The notes beneath the pieces were generated by a model that saw nothing but the letters and a program-made list of their open reading frames with translations, was not told the origin of the DNA and ran no database searches. The position numbers were made by a program, and so were the translations under genes. From assembly GCA_016934875.1 (NCBI GenBank), contig JAFGSC010000277.1, positions 1-38,492 of the forward strand: 38,492 nt of DNA, given 5' to 3'. Positions 8,629 to 16,873 of the stretch are shown here, piece after piece. Position 1 is the stretch's first letter, and every line of letters begins with the position of its first letter. Source of the DNA: Candidatus Atribacteria bacterium (GTDB taxonomy: Bacteria > Atribacterota > Phoenicimicrobiia > Phoenicimicrobiales > Stramentimicrobiaceae).

Positions 8629-8636
8629 CAAACATA
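8629..8636 (-). promoter_or_regulatory. Candidate -7 box (TAnnTTTG)
   Basis: The minus strand reads TATGTTTG, 19 nt upstream of the ATG at 8610. Confidence 0.4.
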
Positions 8637-8757
8637 ATGTTTTTATTGCATAATATAATACATTAAAGTGAAAATACAGGGAAATAGTATGGTGAGGAGA
8701 TGGAAATAATTATATAGACCAACTGTCCGGTAATTTCGGCAAAGCAAGCGATGAGTG

Positions 8758-8992
8758 AAATGAGCGGTGAGAGATGAGTGGAAGAGAAAGGAGGATTATT
8801 TACAGAATTTTTCAGGGGGGTTTTACCGTAAAACACACAAAAAACAAACACAGATATATTATTAGTTACCAAACCCTTTGTGTGAACTCTGTGAACTTTG
8901 TGGTTAAAAAAAAAGAAAATACACCTACAGACCGGGCATAAAACCTAACGCCTAATACCTAAAAGCCTAACACCAAAACCGCATTTTGGTGT
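8758..8992. repeat. Direct repeat copy 1 (~230 bp) on the 3' side of the AbiE pair
   Basis: Aligns along its length with 10378-10598. Shared order is TGAGCGGTGAGAG..GGATTATTTRCAGAATTTTTCAGGGG..TTTTACCGTAAAACACACAAA..hairpin..GACCGGGYATAAAACCTAACGCCTAATACCTAAARGCCTAACACCAAAACCG. It contains hairpin 8821-8907. Confidence 0.8.
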
Positions 8993-9014
8993 GTTTTAAA
9001 CTGCATGAAAAAAA

Positions 9015-9713
9015 TTAACTAAGGATTGGAAATTCAAAATACATTTTTAATAACAGAATAGTTTCCTGTTTCAACTTATGCTTTACAAAGTTTTTGAGAT
9101 CAGGATCAACCAATTCACCTAATCCACCTAAAAGCGCAGAGGGTTTTACTTTTTCAATTTTTGAAATACATTGCAGCAGGTATTCTTTAAACTCTTTATT
9201 CATTCTCTGTTCAACAATGGCTTTATTTACAGGGGTTTTTTGCTGCATAAAATAATAAATATCAAAAATATCGCGGTTTGTGAAAACATTTCTGTCTAAC
9301 AAAGCGCATAATTTGTGAGCAAACATATCCGGTTTTTTCATCACATTCATGATAATACCCAGATAATTCTTAGATTCATAACTATCCGGAAACACTCTGT
9401 TTGAAACTTCAATTTTAAGATTACGCTCATGTGCCCCATAATCCAACACCAGCACCAGACCAAAGTATTTCATAGCTTCGTCTCTGATGGCACCATAATT
9501 CTTAAGAATTGACCTGATTTTATCGAATACATACTCACTTCTTTCTTTATCTAAAAGATTAAAGTCAAGGTCAACAGAAAAACGGGGAAGCCCATAAAAA
9601 AGCATTTGCGCAGTGCCGCCCTTAAATCCTAAAGCAGTAGAAAGTTCAATATCTGAAAAAATCTCCTTTAGTATTGATACCAGAAAGAATTTATGTTTAT
9701 TGATGTCAAGCAT
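9015..9713 (-). CDS. abiEii: Nucleotidyltransferase AbiEii/AbiGii-family toxin (DUF1814)
   Basis: 232-aa ORF. The motif GGTAQMLFYGLPRFSVDLDF is characteristic. It overlaps the upstream antitoxin-like gene by 8 nt (ATGCTTGA). Confidence 0.8.
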   Translation of the reverse strand: MLDINKHKFFLVSILKEIFSDIELSTALGFKGGTAQMLFYGLPRFSVDLDFNLLDKERSEYVFDKIRSILKNYGAIRDEAMKYFGLVLVLDYGAHERNLKIEVSNRVFPDSYESKNYLGIIMNVMKKPDMFAHKLCALLDRNVFTNRDIFDIYYFMQQKTPVNKAIVEQRMNKEFKEYLLQCISKIEKVKPSALLGGLGELVDPDLKNFVKHKLKQETILLLKMYFEFPILS

Positions 9714-10275
9714 TTTTAAACATTTTTAATACCCTTTTTTCCAATTCCTTTGATTGGTATAAAACCAGCATTTTCATTATTGATTCTCTGTTCAGGCCAA
9801 GCAAAGAATCAAAATGAAAATTTTTATTAAGATAATTAGTATCCAGGAAGGCCCTCTCGGGAGAGGCAATATTTATCCCGTTCTTTCCACGGTTTATGCC
9901 AACAGCATTGTATAAAACAGGATTTTTTATCTTGCGGTAAACAAGAAAATGCCCGTCAATATCAATGGTACGGCTTAAATAACTTACCAGGGTTATGTTC
10001 GTACTGTATTGAAATATTATTCCGGCTTTTTGTAAAACATATTCGAGAGAAATATACGATGGTGAGTTAACTTTACATGCCAGCTCTTCCGATAAATAGT
10101 CTTCTTTGACATATATTCCCTTTCTTGGATTTCTCAATTTATTTGTTTGCACATAATAATGAATTCTTTGCTTAAGCCGCTTCAATTCGGGAACATTTAA
10201 TAAAAGGGCAATCTCCTTTAATGTGAAAACAGTCCTGCTATCTTTATAAATTTCAAAAATGAAATTTGAACTCAT
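9706..10275 (-). CDS. abiEi: AbiEi-family antitoxin-like protein (type IV TA)
   Basis: 189-aa ORF immediately upstream of, and overlapping, abiEii. The call rests on size and position; the N-terminal region is HTH-like. No search was possible. Confidence 0.6.
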   Translation of the reverse strand: MSSNFIFEIYKDSRTVFTLKEIALLLNVPELKRLKQRIHYYVQTNKLRNPRKGIYVKEDYLSEELACKVNSPSYISLEYVLQKAGIIFQYSTNITLVSYLSRTIDIDGHFLVYRKIKNPVLYNAVGINRGKNGINIASPERAFLDTNYLNKNFHFDSLLGLNRESIMKMLVLYQSKELEKRVLKMFKNA

Positions 10276-10324
10276 GTTGAATTAATTTAAACCAAAGGTT
10301 AGCTTTTTTCAAACCTTTAGTTTA

Positions 10325-10332
10325 CAAATATA
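10325..10332 (-). promoter_or_regulatory. Candidate -7 box (TAnnTTTG) for the abiEi-abiEii operon
   Basis: The minus strand reads TATATTTG, 50 nt upstream of the ATG at 10275. Confidence 0.4.
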
Positions 10333-10377
10333 CTTATTTATTTTGAAGATGGAAAAATGACAGGAGAGAGATGAGAG

Positions 10378-10598
10378 GTGAGCGGTGAGAGTTGAAGAGA
10401 AAAGAGGATTATTTGCAGAATTTTTCAGGGGAGTTTTACCGTAAAACACACAAAGAACAAACAAGGATATACCATTAATTACCCCAAACTCTTTGTGTAA
10501 ACTCTGTGAACTTTGTAACTAAAATAAAAAGAAAATACACCTTCAGACCGGGTATAAAACCTAACGCCTAATACCTAAAGGCCTAACACCAAAACCGT
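10378..10598. repeat. Direct repeat copy 2 (~220 bp) on the 5' side of the AbiE pair
   Basis: See 8758-8992. It contains hairpin 10433-10519 and tail motif 10405-10425. Confidence 0.8.
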
Positions 10599-10599
10599 T

Positions 10600-10776
10600 T
10601 TTTGCCCATGCTTCTGAAATAATTGATGTTACTGACCTTGACGAAAGTTGTAATTAATGGGTTAAAGAATATTTCTCTTCCTTAGGAAAGCTTTTTGTTA
10701 TCTCAAATATCTTCATGGCAAGCTTATATGCCTTTTGATAGACGATCAAATCCCTGAAACCATTAATCTGAGCCAT
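10600..10776 (-). pseudogene. N-terminal fragment of a four-helix-bundle protein gene with an in-frame stop, truncated by inserted repeat DNA
   Basis: The minus strand from the ATG at 10776 reads MAQINGFRDLIVYQKAYKLAMKIFEITKSFPKEEKYSLTH*LQLSSRSVTSIISEAWAKNGF. The F-x-DL-x-V(W/Y)QKA...FPKEE-x-YSLT..SSRSV...AEAW pattern is typical of PF05635. TAA sits where Gln is expected. Similarity stops near 10600. Confidence 0.65.
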
Positions 10777-10786
10777 AACCTGACAA

Positions 10787-10880
10787 CCACTCACCTCTCA
10801 CCTCTCCACTCCCTTCTTTAAGCTTTATGCTTTACGCTCTTCTCCTCCCCCACCTTTCTCCGCCCACTTTCCCCTTTTAT
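10787..10880. repeat. CTCAC/CTCC low-complexity tract between DUF354 and the four-helix-bundle relic
   Basis: CCACTCACCTCTCACCTCTCCACTCCC...CTCCTCCCCCACCTTTCTCC. It is an approximate reverse complement of GAGAGAGATGAGAGGTGAGCGGTGAGAG at 10355-10390. Confidence 0.5.
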
Positions 10881-10897
10881 TTTTTATCTTTTGTCTT

Positions 10898-11959
10898 TCA
10901 CCTAAACCTATCCTGGTAATCCGGGTTTTCTTTTATTATCCTCAAGCTATCGGGATAGTTTTCGATGAACCAGACAATGAATTTAACAGGATTAATTTTC
11001 TGACTAATATATTTGGAATGATTTCTTGTTTTGTCAGAAAAACCTGAAATGATTAGTTTTTGAATTTCATTCAAGTTTGTAGTCTGAAATAATAATCCAA
11101 AATCAGATTGTTCTTTTAAATAGCCCATAATCGGTAAAGGATTTATATAAATCACTGGCGTATTAAGGCAGGCTGCCTCAGATGCCATTGTGCCTCCTTC
11201 TCCAATATAAAATGAAGCTTCCTTTAGAATAGAATGAATATGAATTGGATTTATTTGTATCTTGTGATCATGTAATTCTTTAGGCAAAGGACCTTCAGAT
11301 GAAATAAAAACTTTATATTGACTTTTCATAATTTCAACAAGACGAATTTTTTCATCCCATGACATATGTCTTATACCAACATCATGGTGAGCTTTCCATG
11401 AAACAAATCTAATAAGGCAATATTTAGAATTTGCCGGAATTTCTAATAAAGCATAAGGATCAATACTTGGTTTAAAAATATCTGGGTGCAAATAAAACAA
11501 TTCAATATTGCTATCATATTTTATGTGATTCTTACCCAGATTATTATAATATGTTTTTCCGGTAAACTTAATGTCCACGAATGGTATGGTCAATTTATGA
11601 AGTTTTACTGCATGTTCTGTATCTGAAAATCCTATATTAATAATTTTTAGAAGTTTAGAAATATGTCCACTATGAATTGAAAAGCGGTTAAGTATAAAGT
11701 CTGGTTTAAAGTTTTTTACGATTAAATAAAAATTCCAATCATTTCGTGGAACTTGAATAATCTTATTTAACAAACCTTTTCTGGACTCAGATAGTCTGAA
11801 ATAATCTAATTTATACTCTTTTAGTAAATCAATCGTAATATCTTTATCTTTAGCAACAAAAATGCACTCCCACCCTATTTTTTCCAATTCCCAGTAAACA
11901 TGTTTAAATTGGTGAACCTGGCCAGGATGACCAACATCAAAAACAATTCGATTTTTCAT
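10898..11959 (-). CDS. DUF354 family protein (GT-B-like), last gene of the polysaccharide operon
   Basis: 353-aa ORF. The N-terminal DUF354 pattern is FDVGHPGQVHQFKHVYWELEKIGWECIFVAKDKDIT. Its start abuts the stop of the upstream gene. Confidence 0.75.
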   Translation of the reverse strand: MKNRIVFDVGHPGQVHQFKHVYWELEKIGWECIFVAKDKDITIDLLKEYKLDYFRLSESRKGLLNKIIQVPRNDWNFYLIVKNFKPDFILNRFSIHSGHISKLLKIINIGFSDTEHAVKLHKLTIPFVDIKFTGKTYYNNLGKNHIKYDSNIELFYLHPDIFKPSIDPYALLEIPANSKYCLIRFVSWKAHHDVGIRHMSWDEKIRLVEIMKSQYKVFISSEGPLPKELHDHKIQINPIHIHSILKEASFYIGEGGTMASEAACLNTPVIYINPLPIMGYLKEQSDFGLLFQTTNLNEIQKLIISGFSDKTRNHSKYISQKINPVKFIVWFIENYPDSLRIIKENPDYQDRFR

Positions 11960-13099
11960 TTATCTTGTTCTGATAAGATTTAATAAATATAGTTTTTCAT
12001 ATAACCAGGGTTTCATGTCATCATGCGCATATACTGCGTTTTCGCAAGGCTTGATTTTCCTGTTCCAATGCTTATGGCCCTTTAAAAGAAGTTGTAACCT
12101 AACTGGTATATCGGTAAGAACATGTAAAAATGAAGCTTTGGTGAAACCTTTCACCGAATTAATTGTCTTGCCGTTAAGCATATCGTAATAGCTTTTCAGA
12201 AAAGGGGTTCCGGCTTTATTGGCAATAGCGTGCCATTTCCAGGTACGGGTATTTACTTCTAAAAATTTGAATACGCCGTCTCTTATATCCCTTTTGAATT
12301 CTACTTCACAAAGTCCGTTATATTTTGCAGTACCTAAAAGCTTTTCAGCGTATACCAATATTTCGGGAACTTCAACAACTTCGGCATATGTTGTAGCATT
12401 ACCAAAATCAATAGGGTGCTGACGCATACGACATGCCGTTAATGAAACAAATGATTTGCCATTTAAAAATAAAAAGCAGGCAGAATATTGATTTACCCCT
12501 GAACCGGGGATGATTTCCTGAATAATGATTTCCTCGGCAGGGATAATTTTTAAAGCTTTCCGGTAATTATTCAGCAATTCATTATAATTTCGGCATAAAA
12601 AGACTTTTTTACGTACTTTCCTGTAAAATTCATGCATTACCGCAGGCTTTACAATACACGGGAAAGTGAGTTCATCAGGCGATATGTCTTGCTCAGAGGA
12701 AGGATACCATGTTTTTGGAAAAGGTATATTAATTTCCTGAGCCAGTTTATACGCATTACATTTATTGTAGAAAGTATTAACCACATCCCATTTGTCAGTA
12801 CTTACTATGAAATATTTTTCTAATTCAGGCTTATTGATGCTCAATAATTTCACATGGTAATCGTTGGTGGGGAAAATTATCCATCCAGCGTATTTTTTAT
12901 CCACTCCCAACTTTAAAAGAAGCGTGATGATTTCAGCATCGGCCGACTTTATAAATGCAATACAGTATTTAGAATGCCGTGCAATGTTTTTGGTAGTATT
13001 GTCAATGACTAAAGCATTAATTCCGTGCCTGCCGAGTATACGGACAATGCCCAGGGCCTGAATATGGCCTCCCAGTACTATTATGCCTTTAGTTGACAT
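11960..13099 (-). CDS. ATP-grasp domain protein (carboxylate-amine ligase-like)
   Basis: 379-aa ORF. The N-terminal Rossmann-like segment is IIVLGGHIQALGIVRILGRHG. The central part FPCIVKPA...IIQEIIPG...EVEFKRD...FLEVNTR is ATP-grasp-like. Confidence 0.7.
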   Translation of the reverse strand: MSTKGIIVLGGHIQALGIVRILGRHGINALVIDNTTKNIARHSKYCIAFIKSADAEIITLLLKLGVDKKYAGWIIFPTNDYHVKLLSINKPELEKYFIVSTDKWDVVNTFYNKCNAYKLAQEINIPFPKTWYPSSEQDISPDELTFPCIVKPAVMHEFYRKVRKKVFLCRNYNELLNNYRKALKIIPAEEIIIQEIIPGSGVNQYSACFLFLNGKSFVSLTACRMRQHPIDFGNATTYAEVVEVPEILVYAEKLLGTAKYNGLCEVEFKRDIRDGVFKFLEVNTRTWKWHAIANKAGTPFLKSYYDMLNGKTINSVKGFTKASFLHVLTDIPVRLQLLLKGHKHWNRKIKPCENAVYAHDDMKPWLYEKLYLLNLIRTR

Positions 13100-14048
13100 T
13101 ACCCATCACCTGTTTGTAAATTGCAATAATCTTTTCTGCTACAGTCTCTGAATCAAGCCCAAGTTCCAATATCCTGTCCCTACCGTTTAAATTGCCTTTA
13201 TATTTTAATGCTTCTGAAATGCCTTCTGCCAAAGCAGCAGGATTTGAATCACAAACATAGTAACCCGGCAAATTCTTAATATTCTCTTTAACATCACCCA
13301 CATCTGTGCTCACAACCGGCAGATTGCACGCCATTGCTTCCTTTACCACATTAACGCTGCCTTCGCGTTTTGATGTTAACAGTAATACATCAGCAGCATT
13401 CATATAATACGGTATTTTTTCATTCGTGATATTAAAAACGGGCATCAATTCTATATTCTTATCTTCAAGGTGCTCAATAGCCTGCAGCGCTAAACTGAAG
13501 TTTTTTTCATGCCGTGCCGGGTTAGCTACAAATATCACCAGTTTTTTTCCCTGGTTGAATTGTATTACATTTCGGGCTTCAGCTTTTGGTATAGGTTTAA
13601 ACCTGGATATATCCACACCGTTTGGTATCACCTCTGCATTTTTTAATGCAAGTCTTTCTTTCATTGTTTTCGTTTTTACGATAGTAACTTGCCAACAATA
13701 CAAAGAAAATAAACGTGTAATACAATGCAGGTAAAACGGTTTATAAGCATCTGAACCCAATAAAGAAACAACCATAGGAAACCTGCCAGCCAGGGTTGCT
13801 GCAAAAGCACTCAGGCTATAATGGGCATGAAGTAAATCATATTTTTCTTTTTTTATTTTCTCTCGAATTAAGAAAATCCCTTTCAGATAACCAGAAAAGC
13901 CAGTATCTAAAGTAAAATATTGAATTTCTATCCCTTGTTTGGTAATGGATTTGCCCTGATTTTTTATCAGTTCGCTTATATCGCCATTTCGACCGCTTGA
14001 AATAAATAAGATTTTCAAGATTTGTTTATTAAATATTTTGAATACCAA
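13089..14048 (-). CDS. Glycosyltransferase family 4 (GT-B, Glycos_transf_1)
   Basis: 319-aa ORF. The E-x7-E region is LLTSKREGSVNVVKEAMACNLPVVSTDVGD. Confidence 0.8.
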   Translation of the reverse strand: MVFKIFNKQILKILFISSGRNGDISELIKNQGKSITKQGIEIQYFTLDTGFSGYLKGIFLIREKIKKEKYDLLHAHYSLSAFAATLAGRFPMVVSLLGSDAYKPFYLHCITRLFSLYCWQVTIVKTKTMKERLALKNAEVIPNGVDISRFKPIPKAEARNVIQFNQGKKLVIFVANPARHEKNFSLALQAIEHLEDKNIELMPVFNITNEKIPYYMNAADVLLLTSKREGSVNVVKEAMACNLPVVSTDVGDVKENIKNLPGYYVCDSNPAALAEGISEALKYKGNLNGRDRILELGLDSETVAEKIIAIYKQVMGNVN

Positions 14049-15808
14049 TTACTCCAACTAAGTGCGTTTATTAATGTATCATTTATTTTTTGATTCTCAT
14101 TATTTATAAAAAATTCATCTGCCAGGCAATATGAATTATTTAGTTTATTTAAAGCTTTTACATGATTAAAAGGATCAGGATCGAACCCTTTCTTGGATAT
14201 AGTATTCATCTTTTTAATTAAGAGCCCTGCAACACGACCTAATGGATTTAGAAACCAGCTAATAGGGAATCCTCTATCTGAAGTAAAACGAGCAAGTTCA
14301 CTATTATTTATAACCATTATTTCAGCATAGAGTTTTATTAGCTGAATTCTTACAAAAGGATTTTTCTCTAAAAAAGTATAATGACCACCATAAAATGGGG
14401 TATTTATGATAGTTTCAATAAACTCAGCATCAATAAATGGCGAGTAATTATATATATAAGAAGAATATGAGGCAGTTTCAGATCCAAAATATTTCCGTTC
14501 AATATTTGTAAGAAGATAATGATAAAACCTATAAGCCAATGAAACTGATTTATCATGAATGATTTCATTATTATACAATGAATCGCAAAAATGATCAAAT
14601 GATATAAAACGCTTTACCCAGGGATTTTTGCTAAAAAAATCAAAATATATTTTTTTTAAAGCATCTTCAAAATATAAATCACCTTTAAAAAGATTTAGAA
14701 CATGTTCATTATATACTGAACTACTTCCCTGAATAATTTTTAATATATTGCTGCCACAATTACCAGATATAACCATTCGGGTTTTTTGTGACAAAATCTT
14801 TGCCATTAGTATATAATGACCTCTGTTTGCAGCGCGCGTTGCACCAGATAAATATGATGTTTCAGTTGCCAGTTCACCGTATGAATTTATAAACTCTTGA
14901 TCAAGCAAAACAGGAATATGTTTAAAACCAAATTTAGTTTTAAGTTTTCTGGCAATATTCATATCCAGGTTATTATCTTTACCATAGGTATAGAGGAAAT
15001 AATCCAATTTTTTGTTTTTTGTTAAATATGATAAAACCAAACGGCCATCCCAGCCCCCGGTAATTGAACAACCAAATGGTTTATCAATTGAAGTTATTCT
15101 AATAATTGCTCTTTCAAGCGCGTCACTAACGAGCTTTTTACCTTTTTTTAAGTCAAGGGTTGGGCTATTTAATAACCATAAATGATTATTATATTTATTT
15201 AATTTCCAACGACCATTTTCTGTCTTAATTATTGATGCTGCCGGAAGCAACTTTACATCTTTAAGATAAGTGCTGTCATTTATAGAATAATTAAAAATTA
15301 AATATTGCAAAAGGCTGCTTTTATCTATTTCTGAAACAAAAGAATTTAAATCAATAAATGATTGAATACGTGATGAGAAGTAAAGAAGACTACCCTTCAA
15401 AGAGTAATATATTGGCATCATTCCGAATAAACTATTAAAAAGATAATAGCCTCTTTTTTTATCAAAAATAAAAATTACAAAATTCCCTGTAATATTATCA
15501 ACGAATTTTTCTTGCTGTTTATCCCATTTTTCAAATAGTATCTCTGATTTAGATGATTCACATTCAAGTGAATTTCTAAAAAAAAGCTCACCCCAGACAA
15601 AAATCTTTATCATTTCGTTTTTTGAACATAATACTTTTGGAGTTTTTCCGGCTAATTCACCTAAACCAACAAAACCGGAAGTATTTATTCTGGTTACAAC
15701 CTTTTCTGTACAATTATTCACCAGGATGCAACCAAAAAAAGTATTAAATTCTTTTTCTGAGATATCAATATTTCCATCCGTTTTAATAATTCCAGCAATA
15801 CCAGACAT
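14015..15808 (-). CDS. Asparagine synthetase B-like protein with a non-canonical N-terminal nucleophile (Ser) and a divergent PP-loop
   Basis: 597-aa ORF. The N-terminus is MSGIAGI, where canonical proteins have MCGI. The PP-loop position reads SITGGWDGR, where SGGLDSS is expected. Confidence 0.65.
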   Translation of the reverse strand: MSGIAGIIKTDGNIDISEKEFNTFFGCILVNNCTEKVVTRINTSGFVGLGELAGKTPKVLCSKNEMIKIFVWGELFFRNSLECESSKSEILFEKWDKQQEKFVDNITGNFVIFIFDKKRGYYLFNSLFGMMPIYYSLKGSLLYFSSRIQSFIDLNSFVSEIDKSSLLQYLIFNYSINDSTYLKDVKLLPAASIIKTENGRWKLNKYNNHLWLLNSPTLDLKKGKKLVSDALERAIIRITSIDKPFGCSITGGWDGRLVLSYLTKNKKLDYFLYTYGKDNNLDMNIARKLKTKFGFKHIPVLLDQEFINSYGELATETSYLSGATRAANRGHYILMAKILSQKTRMVISGNCGSNILKIIQGSSSVYNEHVLNLFKGDLYFEDALKKIYFDFFSKNPWVKRFISFDHFCDSLYNNEIIHDKSVSLAYRFYHYLLTNIERKYFGSETASYSSYIYNYSPFIDAEFIETIINTPFYGGHYTFLEKNPFVRIQLIKLYAEIMVINNSELARFTSDRGFPISWFLNPLGRVAGLLIKKMNTISKKGFDPDPFNHVKALNKLNNSYCLADEFFINNENQKINDTLINALSWSNWYSKYLINKS

Positions 15809-15811
15809 AGC

Positions 15812-16873
15812 TCACAATTTATTGTTAAATACTTCAGATATAATGTAATCAAGGCGTAAATCGTAACAAGCATTCCGGGCAAAATCCCCGGCTTCAAATA
15901 CCCATTTATTATAAAGCCATTTATATCTGCCCGGTTTACCGTCCACCAGCATCTGATATGGGTCGCTTTGTCCGAAGATACATTGCATTTCGTTAACCAG
16001 ATAACCGCGTTGCTTGTCCTCGAAAATATCAACAGCCTGGCTGTAAAACTTATGCTTATTGGTAATCTCTCTAACAAAATCCAAAAGTTTTAAGGGTGGA
16101 TTTTCATAACCTTTGATAAGTGATCCACTGGTTTTTTCTCCTTTTTTCAATTTTTTATGTGCAAAAAATGACTCACCGATACGTACTACCCGCCATTCAA
16201 AATCATGAGGGATATATTCCTGCAAAATAACAAACCCTTTTTGAAGATTTGATCTTTTGGTTTTATATATTAAAAGTTTTTTCCTTATGTCGCCCGGATA
16301 TAGTATATAATGGAATCCACGCCGGATAAGCCCTCCTTTTCCCAGGTTAGGCCCCGAGCGCTGAATAGCTCCCCTGCCACTAAAGACATTATGAATATAT
16401 TCAAGTGCAGTGTCTTTTGATTTTAAAATAGTTACCCCGCTACCAGAAGCCCCGATATTTACTTTAGCGACAACCGGATATCCGGTTGTCTTCAAAAAAT
16501 CTTCAGCCTCGTGCTTAGAATAAAAAACATGAGTAGCCGGATGCGGAACATCATGGGCCTTAAGCCAAAAAGACAAAAAACGCTTGTTCTCATAAATAAA
16601 AATCTCCTCTGCCGAAGGATATAATTTATACCCTAACTTATCGAGAATATAAATTCTTTCATCATAGAGTTGCTTGAAATGTGATGTTAATCCACTAGGT
16701 TTAGTAAGTATGAGATCGCATGGAGTTGAAATAATTCTATCAAACCAATTATCTTTTGTTATATCTACTAGTAAAAAATCAATTTTTTGATTAATTGCCT
16801 TGCACGCATTGACCCAAGGAAGATGATCTTCATCAAGTTCATTTTTTGCAATTATAATCGATATTTTGTTCAT
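15812..16873 (-). CDS. ATP-grasp domain protein (RimK-like fold)
   Basis: 353-aa ORF with GYPVVAKVNIGASGSGV, ILQEYIPHDFEWRV and LVNEMQ. Confidence 0.7.
   Translation of the reverse strand: MNKISIIIAKNELDEDHLPWVNACKAINQKIDFLLVDITKDNWFDRIISTPCDLILTKPSGLTSHFKQLYDERIYILDKLGYKLYPSAEEIFIYENKRFLSFWLKAHDVPHPATHVFYSKHEAEDFLKTTGYPVVAKVNIGASGSGVTILKSKDTALEYIHNVFSGRGAIQRSGPNLGKGGLIRRGFHYILYPGDIRKKLLIYKTKRSNLQKGFVILQEYIPHDFEWRVVRIGESFFAHKKLKKGEKTSGSLIKGYENPPLKLLDFVREITNKHKFYSQAVDIFEDKQRGYLVNEMQCIFGQSDPYQMLVDGKPGRYKWLYNKWVFEAGDFARNACYDLRLDYIISEVFNNKL

Noticed and set aside
8663-8872. 69-aa ORF (minus strand).
   Set aside because: It spans the GAGTGA-rich tract, the tail motif and a hairpin arm of the 230-bp direct repeat. 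It is a translation of repeat DNA.
8975-8997. Hairpin ACACCAAAA-TGCGG-TTTTGGTGT just after the abiEii stop, as a possible intrinsic terminator.
   Set aside because: The stem is AU-rich and is not followed by a U-tract. The second repeat copy (10575-10598) lacks the hairpin. The evidence is insufficient.
8925-9000. Integron-like gene-cassette array: same-strand genes separated by conserved repeats that contain GCCTAAC / ACCTAAC words. On the coding strand these read GTTAGGC / GTTAGGT, which fits the attC core GTTRRRY.
   Set aside because: The words occur only as same-orientation copies with no matching inverse core at a symmetric position, so there is no R''-L''...L'-R' structure. No integrase gene is present. 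The repeats are better explained as relics of four-helix-bundle cassettes plus hairpin elements. Running IntegronFinder or an attC covariance model would settle it.
481-10600. Possible CRISPR array, because of recurring short conserved motifs in intergenic DNA.
   Set aside because: The repeats are kilobases apart, separated by full-length genes, differ in length and are not regularly spaced. No cas genes are present.
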